The notes below the pieces were generated by a model. It did not search any database and was not told where the DNA came from. It saw only the letters and a program-made list of their open reading frames with translations. This document shows, in pieces, positions 15,122 to 26,077 of a DNA stretch of 42,767 nt (positions are counted from its first letter, which is position 1; each line of letters begins with the position of its first letter). Origin of the DNA: Eggerthellaceae bacterium (lineage in GTDB: Bacteria; Actinomycetota; Coriobacteriia; Coriobacteriales; Eggerthellaceae); assembly GCA_017460365.1 (NCBI GenBank), contig JAFUBE010000786.1, forward strand, positions 1 to 42,767. Reading direction: 5' to 3'. The position numbers and the translations under genes are program-made.

Positions 15122-15742
15122 CTACATGCCAAAGCTGTTGCAGTTGCAGAAGGGGTTATAGCCTGCGTTATACGAGGTCGACATCGGGTAGCGCACGACG
15201 CCAGCCATCTGAGCCTGAAGGTTGAGGTCGTTGACCTGCTGCTGAAGCGCCTCAATCTTGTTCTGCTGCATCATGGCTCGAGTCGCGTTGCCCTCTGCCT
15301 GGATGGCCTGCTTGATGTCGCAGCAACACTGCTGCTGATTGAAGTTGGTCTGCTGCTGCATCATTGCAACGCCAGAAATATCACGCTGGAGCTCGTTGTA
15401 CTTGTCAGTAAACATGCCCATCAGATACTGCGCGTTCTGGTTTGCGTTCTGCATGCCCTGCAGCGAGTTGCCGTTAATCGCCGCAAGAATATCACGCTGG
15501 TTCGCCATGGAGTTCTGGTTGTCGAAACCGCGCTGAACCTCGTTCGACGTGGCAAGATTCTCGTAGCCGATGGCATTCTGGAAGCCGTTGTTGCCCCAGT
15601 TGCCGCCCCACATCATCGCGAGGAACAGGATGACAATCCACCACGAATTGCCACCCCAGCCGTCGCCGTAACCGTTGCCACGCATGACGGCCGCAACGTC
15701 TGCCGGACCCATTCCGCCACCGCCAATAGCATTCTCTCCCAT
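15122..15742 (-). CDS. Gly/Trp-rich and Gln/Asn-rich membrane protein with Cys clusters
   Basis: 206 aa. GGAGGAGCATAA-ATG. TM segment WWIVILFLAMMWGG, a Q/N-rich predicted coiled coil, then CCCD and FCNCNSFGM. Confidence 0.6.
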   Translation of the reverse strand: MGENAIGGGGMGPADVAAVMRGNGYGDGWGGNSWWIVILFLAMMWGGNWGNNGFQNAIGYENLATSNEVQRGFDNQNSMANQRDILAAINGNSLQGMQNANQNAQYLMGMFTDKYNELQRDISGVAMMQQQTNFNQQQCCCDIKQAIQAEGNATRAMMQQNKIEALQQQVNDLNLQAQMAGVVRYPMSTSYNAGYNPFCNCNSFGM

Positions 15743-15756
15743 TTATGCTCCTCCAA

Positions 15757-15930
15757 TCAGAAGCCCAAGAGGTTTCTCACTTGGTTCGGGTTAATGTTTT
15801 GGAACTGCGCATAGTCCAGGCCCTGCTCCCGGAACGCATCCTCGGGAGAACGCCCTCGCATCGAATCAGCGAACTGCCTAAAGCGAGGGTTGGCCTGGTA
15901 TAGCTTGTTGAATATAAGTTGCTGCGCCAT
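15757..15930 (-). CDS. hypothetical small protein
   Basis: Start trimmed to ATG 15930, 1 nt after the upstream TAA. The longer 81-aa form would overlap 15932..17002 by 70 nt. Confidence 0.45.
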   Translation of the reverse strand: MAQQLIFNKLYQANPRFRQFADSMRGRSPEDAFREQGLDYAQFQNINPNQVRNLLGF

Positions 15931-15931
15931 G

Positions 15932-17002
15932 TTAACGGGACCGACCGGCGGTCGCTGTGGCGTTGGTTGCCCCAGATTCGGAGGCATTAGCGGACTTGCC
16001 ATGGAGCATCTCCTTCAGCTGCTCGAATTCTTCGCGGGTGATGAAGTCAGCCGTCTGCCCCATGTCACCGCCCATCGGCATCTGCTGACCCTGCATCAGC
16101 GGGGACAGGTGCTGAGGCATCTCCTCCGAGCACTCCTCGAAACGGAACACTCGGATGCCGTTGCAGTTCCCCTGCTGGTCGAAGCTGACGACGTACATCA
16201 GAGGCTTGTCCTCGTCGAAGAGCGCCTTCCTCGAGTTTGGATCGCCGCGGAAGTTCTTCGCTCCCTCGATGCCCATGACGAACGGCAGGTCGTTGGTCAT
16301 CCCCTGAGGATAGCCCGTGTTTGCCTGCGAATATCCGTTCATTTGACCGAGGTTGCCCTGAGGATAGCCCTGATACATCGGTCGACCCATGCCCTGCGAA
16401 TATCCGTTGTTCCAACCCTGCGGGTACATGTAGCCCTGAGGGACAGTGGTCTGCGGCCATCCGCTGTTTGGCGTGGTGTTGTACACTGGCACTTGCTTGT
16501 CACCTTCTTCCGTCTTTTCATCGTCGGCGGGAGGGCGGAGAATATAATCCCATTCCTTGTCGAAGGTCGTTACAGGGTGTCGTTCTATCTCGTGCCCGGT
16601 CTGGTCACCGGCCTTGCCGACGTAACCGCCTGTCTCACTGCCCGTGGCACCGACACTCTCTCCGCCCCCGACGTACACTTCTGCGTGCAACGCGAGGTTT
16701 AGGAGAATATCTCCGATCTCGAGGTCACTGATTCCAACGTTGGCAAAGGGAAGGATCTGGAAGCCAGCCTTTTCGAAGTCCTTGAGCATCGTTCCTGTGA
16801 ACCTCACTTTGTCACGCCCAGTCCCGACGGGGTAACCAGCGTCGTTCGCCGCCTGGTACAGCAGTGACGAGCAGTCGAAATCTGGTCCCCATCTGCCGGA
16901 CGGAGGCTTCTGTGAATATCCGTGAGAATCGTCATTTGCATAGTAAAGAGCTCTGTCGACAAACGCTTCGCGTCGACTTTTCACGGGAGGACCTCTCGCC
17001 AT
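15932..17002 (-). CDS. cell-wall hydrolase-like protein (Amidase_5 / NlpC-P60-like Cys-peptidase N-domain) with Q/G/Y/P low-complexity linker
   Basis: 356 aa. N-domain HGYSQKPPSGRWGPDFDCSSLLYQAANDAGY...LALHAEVYVG resembles the Cys/His peptidase of pneumococcal-phage Pal-type lysins (from memory). Linker has GYMYPQG / GYSQG / GYPQG repeats. Confidence 0.5.
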   Translation of the reverse strand: MARGPPVKSRREAFVDRALYYANDDSHGYSQKPPSGRWGPDFDCSSLLYQAANDAGYPVGTGRDKVRFTGTMLKDFEKAGFQILPFANVGISDLEIGDILLNLALHAEVYVGGGESVGATGSETGGYVGKAGDQTGHEIERHPVTTFDKEWDYILRPPADDEKTEEGDKQVPVYNTTPNSGWPQTTVPQGYMYPQGWNNGYSQGMGRPMYQGYPQGNLGQMNGYSQANTGYPQGMTNDLPFVMGIEGAKNFRGDPNSRKALFDEDKPLMYVVSFDQQGNCNGIRVFRFEECSEEMPQHLSPLMQGQQMPMGGDMGQTADFITREEFEQLKEMLHGKSANASESGATNATATAGRSR

Positions 17003-17020
17003 GCGGGATGAAATATCCTG

Positions 17021-17734
17021 CTAGTCACCGAGCAGCGTCGGCCACGTCTTGGCGCCGCAGATGCCGTCAGGATACAGCCCGACCTTGGTCTGCCACGCCT
17101 TAACACACTTCTCGGTGTAGCTTCCGAAATCGGCGTCAATCTTGATGCCAGCGCCGTTTCGCATGTTTAGGAGGCCTTGAAGGACCGCTACGGCGTTGCC
17201 CTTGCTGCCCTTCTTCACCTGACCGGGGTAGTACAACTTCTCCTCCTTCTTCTTGCCGGCCCACTTGGCCGCGAGGTAGACGTTGGCGCGTGCAATCTCC
17301 CACTGGTAGTCCATGTTCGCGGGACACGCGGTCGACGCGAACTCCCTGTGCAACCTGACGTTCGAGCCGAGGGTAAGCTTCTTCCACCCCATGCGGTAGG
17401 CAATATCAGCCATGAGCTGAGCGCCACGGTCGAGACACGCCTTCGACGGCGGGTTGGCGGTGGTGCCGACATGCTCGATGGAGATAGTCTTGCAGTTCCA
17501 CGGCCAATTGCCAACAGACCACGCGGTATCGGACTCGGAGACGTACTGGTGTGTTACGCTGTCAGAGACGGCGTAATGTGTGCTGACCTTGCGGGAGCTG
17601 TAGGGGCCGAAGGTGTTGTCGATTGCCCCGATGCTCGAGCAGCACGAGATGTGCGGCACGATTGCGACGATGGAATATCCAGAGCGTCCCTTGGTGTAGT
17701 TCTTAGTCCACATCCACATCGCCATCGGGATCAC
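17021..17734 (-). CDS. endolysin: N-acetylmuramoyl-L-alanine amidase (Amidase_2/PGRP) + PG_binding_1 domain
   Basis: 237 aa. STHYAVSD...AWSVGN...ISIEHVG...HREFASTACP. C-terminal GSKGNAVAVLQGLLN...DADFGSYTEKCVKAWQTKVGLYPDGICGAKTW. The start (GTG 17734 or ATG 17725) is uncertain. Confidence 0.8.
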   Translation of the reverse strand: MIPMAMWMWTKNYTKGRSGYSIVAIVPHISCCSSIGAIDNTFGPYSSRKVSTHYAVSDSVTHQYVSESDTAWSVGNWPWNCKTISIEHVGTTANPPSKACLDRGAQLMADIAYRMGWKKLTLGSNVRLHREFASTACPANMDYQWEIARANVYLAAKWAGKKKEEKLYYPGQVKKGSKGNAVAVLQGLLNMRNGAGIKIDADFGSYTEKCVKAWQTKVGLYPDGICGAKTWPTLLGD

Positions 17735-17788
17735 CTGCCCCCATGGCCTCGGTCTCCTCGTCGTCCATCTCGGGCATCTTGTCGTAGA

Positions 17789-18004
17789 TCACTCGACATC
17801 GACCCCCTTCGCCGTAATCTGCGAGACGCCGATAAGAGCACCGATGAGCACGCCGATAGCGTTGACGGTAAGGACCACGGCCTCAGTGTGAGGCCAGCCC
17901 CAAGCAGGAGCAACCGTACCGTAAAAGACAGCAATGGCTGGACACGCGACGAGTCCGGCCCACTTCAGAACCAGATAGAGCTTCTCCGGGAGAATATAAT
18001 TCAT
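17789..18004 (-). CDS. putative holin
   Basis: 71 aa. TTAGGAGCGAAC-ATG. Two hydrophobic segments and a charged C-terminus. Lies immediately upstream of the endolysin. Confidence 0.55.
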   Translation of the reverse strand: MNYILPEKLYLVLKWAGLVACPAIAVFYGTVAPAWGWPHTEAVVLTVNAIGVLIGALIGVSQITAKGVDVE

Positions 18005-18089
18005 GTTCGCTCCTAATCTTTTTTAAAGACCATGTCCGACAAACCAAACATGGCGGAGTTACCTACAGAATGATCAGTCAATGTGTTCT

Positions 18090-19502
18090 CTAAACGTAAT
18101 AACTATCGGAGAACGTAAACGTGCTGCCCGCAGAATATGACGCGCCTGTTCGGTTGCTGATGCGCACCTCGCCGCCTGCGGTTATGCGCGCCCAGAGGCC
18201 CGCCTTCTCGATGCAGCAGATGTATCGGTTGGCACGCGGGCGGAATCCTGCCGGGAGCGTCGCCACGACGACGTTTCCGCTTGACGCGAGCGCGTTCGCC
18301 AGCTTCGCGTCGATGAAGCTGACCGACGCCTCGACCCCGTTTGTGCCGAGCCAGGACGTGCCGAGAGACGAGCAGTTCGTCGTGTTCCGCTCGATGGTCC
18401 CGTCCCTCTTCGGAAGCGTGACGGGCATGCCGGAGCCGAAGACCACGCCATCCGCGTCCTCGCTCGCCACCGTGCCGACGCCGATGGAGTGGCCGTCCCT
18501 GCCGAAGTCGAGCGTGAAGAACGCTGGCGTGAGGACGGCGTACTTCGTGGTGAAATTGATCGTGTTGCTGCTCGTGTCCACCACGGTCAGCCGCACGTCG
18601 TAAGAGCCATCAACCGAGGAGCCCGAGCCGAGCGACACCGACACGCTTCCCGATGTTCCACTGATGGGCACCTCGGTGTCCGTGCCGAACGATGACACTT
18701 CCTTTGGCTTGACCGCCCAGAGGTACTTGCTTCCAGCGTTGCCCGAGATGGACGTGTCCACAGACCAGCCGAACGTCATGTGGGCGTATGTGCCCTCGTC
18801 GTCAGCGGTGCCATTTGCGTCAGACGCACGGTAGACCACGAGGTTTGAGATCGTCGGCGCCTTGTACGCGAGTTTCCATACGGCGTAGAGCGTGGCGTTT
18901 GCGTTGTTGCTAGCTGGGTAGGTGCCGCCAGGTTGGTACGTGGCGGTCGTTGCGGTAGAGCTTGTCCCCCACCCGAGGACGTTGTAGTTCGTCCTCGTCG
19001 GCTTCGTTCCCGAAAGCGTTAGCGTCTTTCCATACCACTTCGTCTGCGAGGATGGTGCGCCGCTTCCGCTGTTGGCGTTGTAGCTGATGGTATAGCTTGC
19101 AAGAGCGTTGAGGGTGTCGGTCGATTGCGTCGTTGCGACCGACCAGTAGGCGTTGTCTTTGCTGCGTACCTCGGTCTTGAAGTAGATGGTCTGTGCTGCC
19201 GTGGTGCGGTTGATCGTAACCGACCCGCTTACCGTGCCGACAGCCGAACCGTAGCCGTCAAGCACGCCAGACTTGGTGGTGCCTATCTGCGTCCACGAGC
19301 CTGAGCCGACCTTGTAGAAGATGGAGACATATGCGGTGTACAACGAAGCGTGGTAATACCCAGAGCCGTCGCCGTCCCTGGCCTGCCCCGTGACGGTGTA
19401 TACGCATTTGGTGCTGTCGCTCGACCAAGTGTATGCGTTGTACGACTGCACGCGCCGCGACGACGAGATTGAGCTGTAGCTTCCCCAGCCCGTTCCAGCC
19501 AT
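18090..19502 (-). CDS. tail fibre / receptor-binding protein with Listeria-Bacteroides-type repeat
   Basis: 470 aa. YTISYNANSGSGAPSSQTKWYGKTLTLSGTKPTRTNYNVLGWGTS...ATLYAVWKL fits the List-Bact repeat pattern. The N-terminal ~210 aa parallel those of 23516..25480. Confidence 0.55.
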   Translation of the reverse strand: MAGTGWGSYSSISSSRRVQSYNAYTWSSDSTKCVYTVTGQARDGDGSGYYHASLYTAYVSIFYKVGSGSWTQIGTTKSGVLDGYGSAVGTVSGSVTINRTTAAQTIYFKTEVRSKDNAYWSVATTQSTDTLNALASYTISYNANSGSGAPSSQTKWYGKTLTLSGTKPTRTNYNVLGWGTSSTATTATYQPGGTYPASNNANATLYAVWKLAYKAPTISNLVVYRASDANGTADDEGTYAHMTFGWSVDTSISGNAGSKYLWAVKPKEVSSFGTDTEVPISGTSGSVSVSLGSGSSVDGSYDVRLTVVDTSSNTINFTTKYAVLTPAFFTLDFGRDGHSIGVGTVASEDADGVVFGSGMPVTLPKRDGTIERNTTNCSSLGTSWLGTNGVEASVSFIDAKLANALASSGNVVVATLPAGFRPRANRYICCIEKAGLWARITAGGEVRISNRTGASYSAGSTFTFSDSYYV

Positions 19503-20095
19503 TACGCATCACCTCCGATGTACTTGAGCGTCAGGTGGCCGTTGCTTCGTCGCTCCCAAATCCAGTCGTTGAAGCTGACGCTCTCGTCAGTCGCGATGGT
19601 GGGGGCGTGGAGGCCGTCGATGCCTCCGAGCGTCGCAAGCTCGCGGTCGCCGCTCTTGAATACCAGGTTCTCGTTGTTGAACTCCGCGACGTACTCGGAG
19701 TTGGACGTGCCGAGCGAGAGGACTGGGCGGGCCTGCGCGTCCGTGGTGACATTGAGCCACGCCAGCCGCTCGTCGGTTGCGGAGACGAACGTGTTCTCCA
19801 ACGCCGCGAAGTCCTCGGCTGTCGGCATCCCGTCAACCGTGTCGCTCAGCTCTGCTAGCGCGGAGTCATACGTCGAGAACGTGAGCTCGAATGCACCGGT
19901 GGTTTGCGTTATTTCCGACGTAACGTAAGACTGGGTGGCATACGTCTCCGACACTTCTGAGCGAATGCCGTCGGCGCTCACCTGCAGGTCGCTCTTGGTG
20001 GCGTAGCTCTCGAGGTCGCTCGCCCACTCGGCCTGCGCCGTCAGGTGGACGGCATTCGTTACGCTGAGGTCGATGGAGCCGGTCTGGGTCGCCAC
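19502..20095 (-). CDS. tail fibre-associated protein
   Basis: 197 aa. Position in the fibre cluster. C-terminal NDWIWERRSNGHLTLKYIG motif as seen in Gram-positive phage fibre proteins (from memory). Confidence 0.4.
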   Translation of the reverse strand: MATQTGSIDLSVTNAVHLTAQAEWASDLESYATKSDLQVSADGIRSEVSETYATQSYVTSEITQTTGAFELTFSTYDSALAELSDTVDGMPTAEDFAALENTFVSATDERLAWLNVTTDAQARPVLSLGTSNSEYVAEFNNENLVFKSGDRELATLGGIDGLHAPTIATDESVSFNDWIWERRSNGHLTLKYIGGDA

Positions 20096-20096
20096 G

Positions 20097-22455
<2,359 letters not shown>

Positions 22456-23515
22456 GACGACAAGTCAAGGTCGGCGGACGAGATGAGCCATCGACGAGTC
22501 TCGCCGCCGTGCGTGAGCTTTTCGACGTCGCCATCCTTCAGCGGCCTATACAGAAGGGAGTGAGCCAAGGATTCTTCGATGTTGTCCTGCTGCTCCTTCA
22601 GATACTGGTTTGCGAGTTTTTGAGCCTGCGCTTGAGTGAATGGCTCCATGTCGGAAACGTTCCTGTAGTCGTCCAGTGTGTATCCTCGGACGGCATGCGT
22701 TGACCAGTGACCGCTCTTAGCCTTCGCGTCGGCGTAGAATGTCTTTTGCTCATCTTTGTACGTTCCGGTGCTCGACACGATAACCCTCTCGGGCACCGCC
22801 TGCCGAGCGACTCCGCCGTCGACAGGACCAACGAGAAGCGTCCTGGGGTCGGCGGAGTCGACGGTGAATGTGGCGCCGAGCTTTGACGGAGCTGTATACC
22901 GCTTTACCGTCGGCGTACCGAGCTCATTGACAGAAAGCCGGTCACCTGCTTTGTCGAGAATATCCATCAAGACTGACAACTCGCTGGTTCCGGCGTCGTA
23001 CTCGACAGCGCTAGAGAACCCGTAATCTTTCGCGTTTCCGTCGACGAACGGCGTTCGGCCGATGGGGCTCTTGAATCTGGACTTTACAGTACTCAAGGCC
23101 TTGCTTCCCTTGCCGAGGACGAGCGGACGAGTAAGCACTTGGGTCTTTATTCCGTATAGAATGCTTACGAGCTGGAACGTCCACGTCCTCATGTCGCCAT
23201 AGTCGCTCCACGACACGGCGTTTTCGTCTGGCTTTACGAAAAATGTCCCAAGAGGAGACTCATCGAGAATTCCCGTATAGTCATACGTCGTCCTGACCAG
23301 TCGCATGGCCGCCGTGCCGTCCCAAGGCTGCTCGCCGACCTTTGCTATTATGGAAATATCAGCAGATGCGCGAGTGTCCGAGTAGTAGTCGAGCGATAGC
23401 TCGCCGGAAGCGACCACGCCCTTTGCCTGCCCACGCACAGACAGGCTTGACGGGTCGAGCATGAAGACTGAAAGCCGATGAGAAATATCACCTCGCGACC
23501 AATCGACGGCCATCG

Positions 23516-25480
23516 TCACCACACCTCCTCGGACAGATTGACTTGCACCTCCTGCGATTCAGGAGAGGATATGTCCATTCGCACCGAGTCGACTGCGCAT
23601 TGCGCCCAGAACCCGTGCGGCCCTCGCACGTAGACGTGACTTGCGTGGGCAACCCAGTCGGCCTCATCCAGTCCTTCGCCGTCCACAAGGTCGGCAATTA
23701 GTGGGAGCTGCCCTCTCGTAACGTCCGAATAGGCGTAAACCGGACGCTCTCGCGAATATGTCTCGGTCTCGGACCTCGACCTCGTGTAGCTTGGGATGAA
23801 CGACACGCCGGGCTCGGTCTTCCGATACTTCATGACAAGGTCGTGGCGCCCATCCTGCGAAGTGACGTGATACGATGGCGGATCCTCGACGATTGCGTCA
23901 CGAATTGTGGAGTCGAACCCCCATCGGTTGGCTGCGTTTGCCGTCACAAGAACGCGCCATGGAACACCGAGCGGTGGCATGACGAGCCACGGCTGGCTTC
24001 CAGTTAGTTCGACGTACCGGTCGCCATGCCCTCTTGGCACGACGAGCCACGCGCCAGTGATGCTCATCCCGGTCGGCGCTGTGGCAGAAACGACGGCAAG
24101 CGTGCCGCTCACCGTGCATGTGACGGTCGGCGCCTCGCCGTAGAAGCCTCCGAGGTCGACAACGACGGTCCCTCCCCAAGTGCATGTGAAGCCGTCGGAA
24201 GTTGTCGCCGTAAGGAGGACGTCAATTTGGTCGCCGATGTCCGGGAGATAGGAGAACGATGCGTTGCCGACGAATATGTCGCACCCGCCGTCCGATGACG
24301 AACGAGTGAAGCTCTTGTCGAGGCTTTCAACGGTCGCAGAAGCAACCGAGGATTCTGGATACGTCGTGGTGAACGAGAAATGGACTCCTCTCTGCGTCTT
24401 GTTCGCAACGACCGAAACTATTTTGAATTCTCTAACAACGGCTGTTACGAATCCATACGGTCCACCAACGGCCGGCTGGGACGTGTCAATTGCGCGAACG
24501 CCCCATTCGATTTCGGTTCTGTCGATGGTTCCCGTGAGGTCGACAGGAACGCCGTTTCCGCTAACAGTGAAGACGTCACCGACGACGTTGAACGCCTCCG
24601 CCGTCTGCATTGTCGGGTCGGACCCCCACCCTTCGTTGGAACCGTCGCCGCCCCACGCGGTCCAAGACGACCAGTCGCCCATCGTCATGGATCCATAGGT
24701 CCTGTCACGCCGTCGCCACCTTACCTGATGCAGGCTAGTCTTGCTTGCCCACGTTGGCCACAACGCTCCCGTGTCATCTTTCAACATGATTGGCTTGACC
24801 GAGCTCTGTTGAGCCGGCTTTGATGGCTGTGGAACATCGGGCTCGGAAGACGTGAGCTTCCACTGGGCGTATAACGTGAGCGCTGCGTTTGACGTGTACG
24901 AAGCACCCGGGGAATACGACTTGCCAGACCCGTTGGCGCTTGTGTTCCATCCCTTGAACCCGTATGACGCAAGAGTCGGGACGGTCTTCGACAGTGCAAG
25001 GGTCGTGTCGTACCATTTGGTCTGGTTCGACGGTAGCCCAGACACTGACCCAGAAGCCTCAGACGGCTTGTTTGACGAATACTTGACAGAATATGACGGC
25101 CTTGCCGGAATTGTCACAACTCTGCTGGCAGTAGACGTTCCGTTTCTTACTCCGGTGCCGTCTCCGGTCATCTGGCAAACGGCCTTGCATGTAATCGATT
25201 GCGCTGACGTCGTCTTGTCATACTCGTATGAATATGTCTGGACGAGCTTGTCGATTGTTGGGTTCGACCTTGAGTCGAATACGGTGTTTGTCTTCGCCTT
25301 GGTGTGGGTCCCTATTTGCGCGTATCCGTTGCCGTAGTAGTCGTAATACCAAGAATATGCGTGCCAGTAGACGCTAACCGTGACAACCGACTTCGTGTTC
25401 GCAGAGCCAGACTTATCAGCGACCTTAACGTCAATTCCGGCAGCCCAGTGATGGACTGTGTTGCCATATGTGATGGCCAT
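23516..25480 (-). CDS. distal-tail-position protein with N-terminal adhesin module (List-Bact repeat)
   Basis: 654 aa. CGGAGGTTCAAA-ATG. YSVKYSSNKPSEASGSVSGLPSNQTKWYDTTLALSKTVPTLASYGFKGWNTS...LTLYAQWKL. The call rests mainly on gene order after the tape measure. Confidence 0.4.
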   Translation of the reverse strand: MAITYGNTVHHWAAGIDVKVADKSGSANTKSVVTVSVYWHAYSWYYDYYGNGYAQIGTHTKAKTNTVFDSRSNPTIDKLVQTYSYEYDKTTSAQSITCKAVCQMTGDGTGVRNGTSTASRVVTIPARPSYSVKYSSNKPSEASGSVSGLPSNQTKWYDTTLALSKTVPTLASYGFKGWNTSANGSGKSYSPGASYTSNAALTLYAQWKLTSSEPDVPQPSKPAQQSSVKPIMLKDDTGALWPTWASKTSLHQVRWRRRDRTYGSMTMGDWSSWTAWGGDGSNEGWGSDPTMQTAEAFNVVGDVFTVSGNGVPVDLTGTIDRTEIEWGVRAIDTSQPAVGGPYGFVTAVVREFKIVSVVANKTQRGVHFSFTTTYPESSVASATVESLDKSFTRSSSDGGCDIFVGNASFSYLPDIGDQIDVLLTATTSDGFTCTWGGTVVVDLGGFYGEAPTVTCTVSGTLAVVSATAPTGMSITGAWLVVPRGHGDRYVELTGSQPWLVMPPLGVPWRVLVTANAANRWGFDSTIRDAIVEDPPSYHVTSQDGRHDLVMKYRKTEPGVSFIPSYTRSRSETETYSRERPVYAYSDVTRGQLPLIADLVDGEGLDEADWVAHASHVYVRGPHGFWAQCAVDSVRMDISSPESQEVQVNLSEEVW

Positions 25481-25495
25481 TTTGAACCTCCGAAA

Positions 25496-26077
25496 CTATA
25501 CGCCCGGTTGCTCGGGTGACGCCGAGCCGAGATACGGCACCGGAAGATTTGGGTCGTGCGGGACCGCCGGGACGAAGGCCCATTGCTGATGCGGCGTCGT
25601 AGTTGTCGAAGACGTGGCGTCGAAGAACGCCTCGCAGGCGACGCAGCCGTGCGTGTCATGAAGAGCTTGGTCTGCAAGATAGAGGAGCTGGCCGTCTTCG
25701 TTTGCGGATCGTACAAAGTACGCCGGATAAGAAACACCGTTAACGAGAAGGCTCCCATCGCCGTTAACGATGACCCACCTCGACGCATCGGTCTGGTCCA
25801 GTGACTGGTAGTCCCCTGAAACGACGAAGAAACCGCTCCTTCCGTCGCTAAACGTCTGCTCTCTCCCTAGGCCGGCAACATAGCCGGAGTCTGCCGTGTG
25901 CGACGGAAGGAGGGTGGCGTACCCGCCCTCCGTCGACACGGCGAACACCTGGTCATTCCCTCCGGCATCCACACCGGTAACAAGAGCAGCCCCAGTTGCC
26001 GTGCTAGAGCCCTCGACGCCGAGGAATGCCCCGGTGGCAACGTTGCGGATGGTGTAGAAACCATTGGGAACAGTCAT
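25496..26077 (-). CDS. ricin-type beta-trefoil lectin-like protein
   Basis: 193 aa. ATG overlaps the tape-measure stop (ATGTGATGA). FYTIRNVATGAFLGVEGSSTATGAALV, ASRWVIV and HQQWAFV resemble the Q-x-W repeat pattern. Confidence 0.5.
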   Translation of the reverse strand: MTVPNGFYTIRNVATGAFLGVEGSSTATGAALVTGVDAGGNDQVFAVSTEGGYATLLPSHTADSGYVAGLGREQTFSDGRSGFFVVSGDYQSLDQTDASRWVIVNGDGSLLVNGVSYPAYFVRSANEDGQLLYLADQALHDTHGCVACEAFFDATSSTTTTPHQQWAFVPAVPHDPNLPVPYLGSASPEQPGV

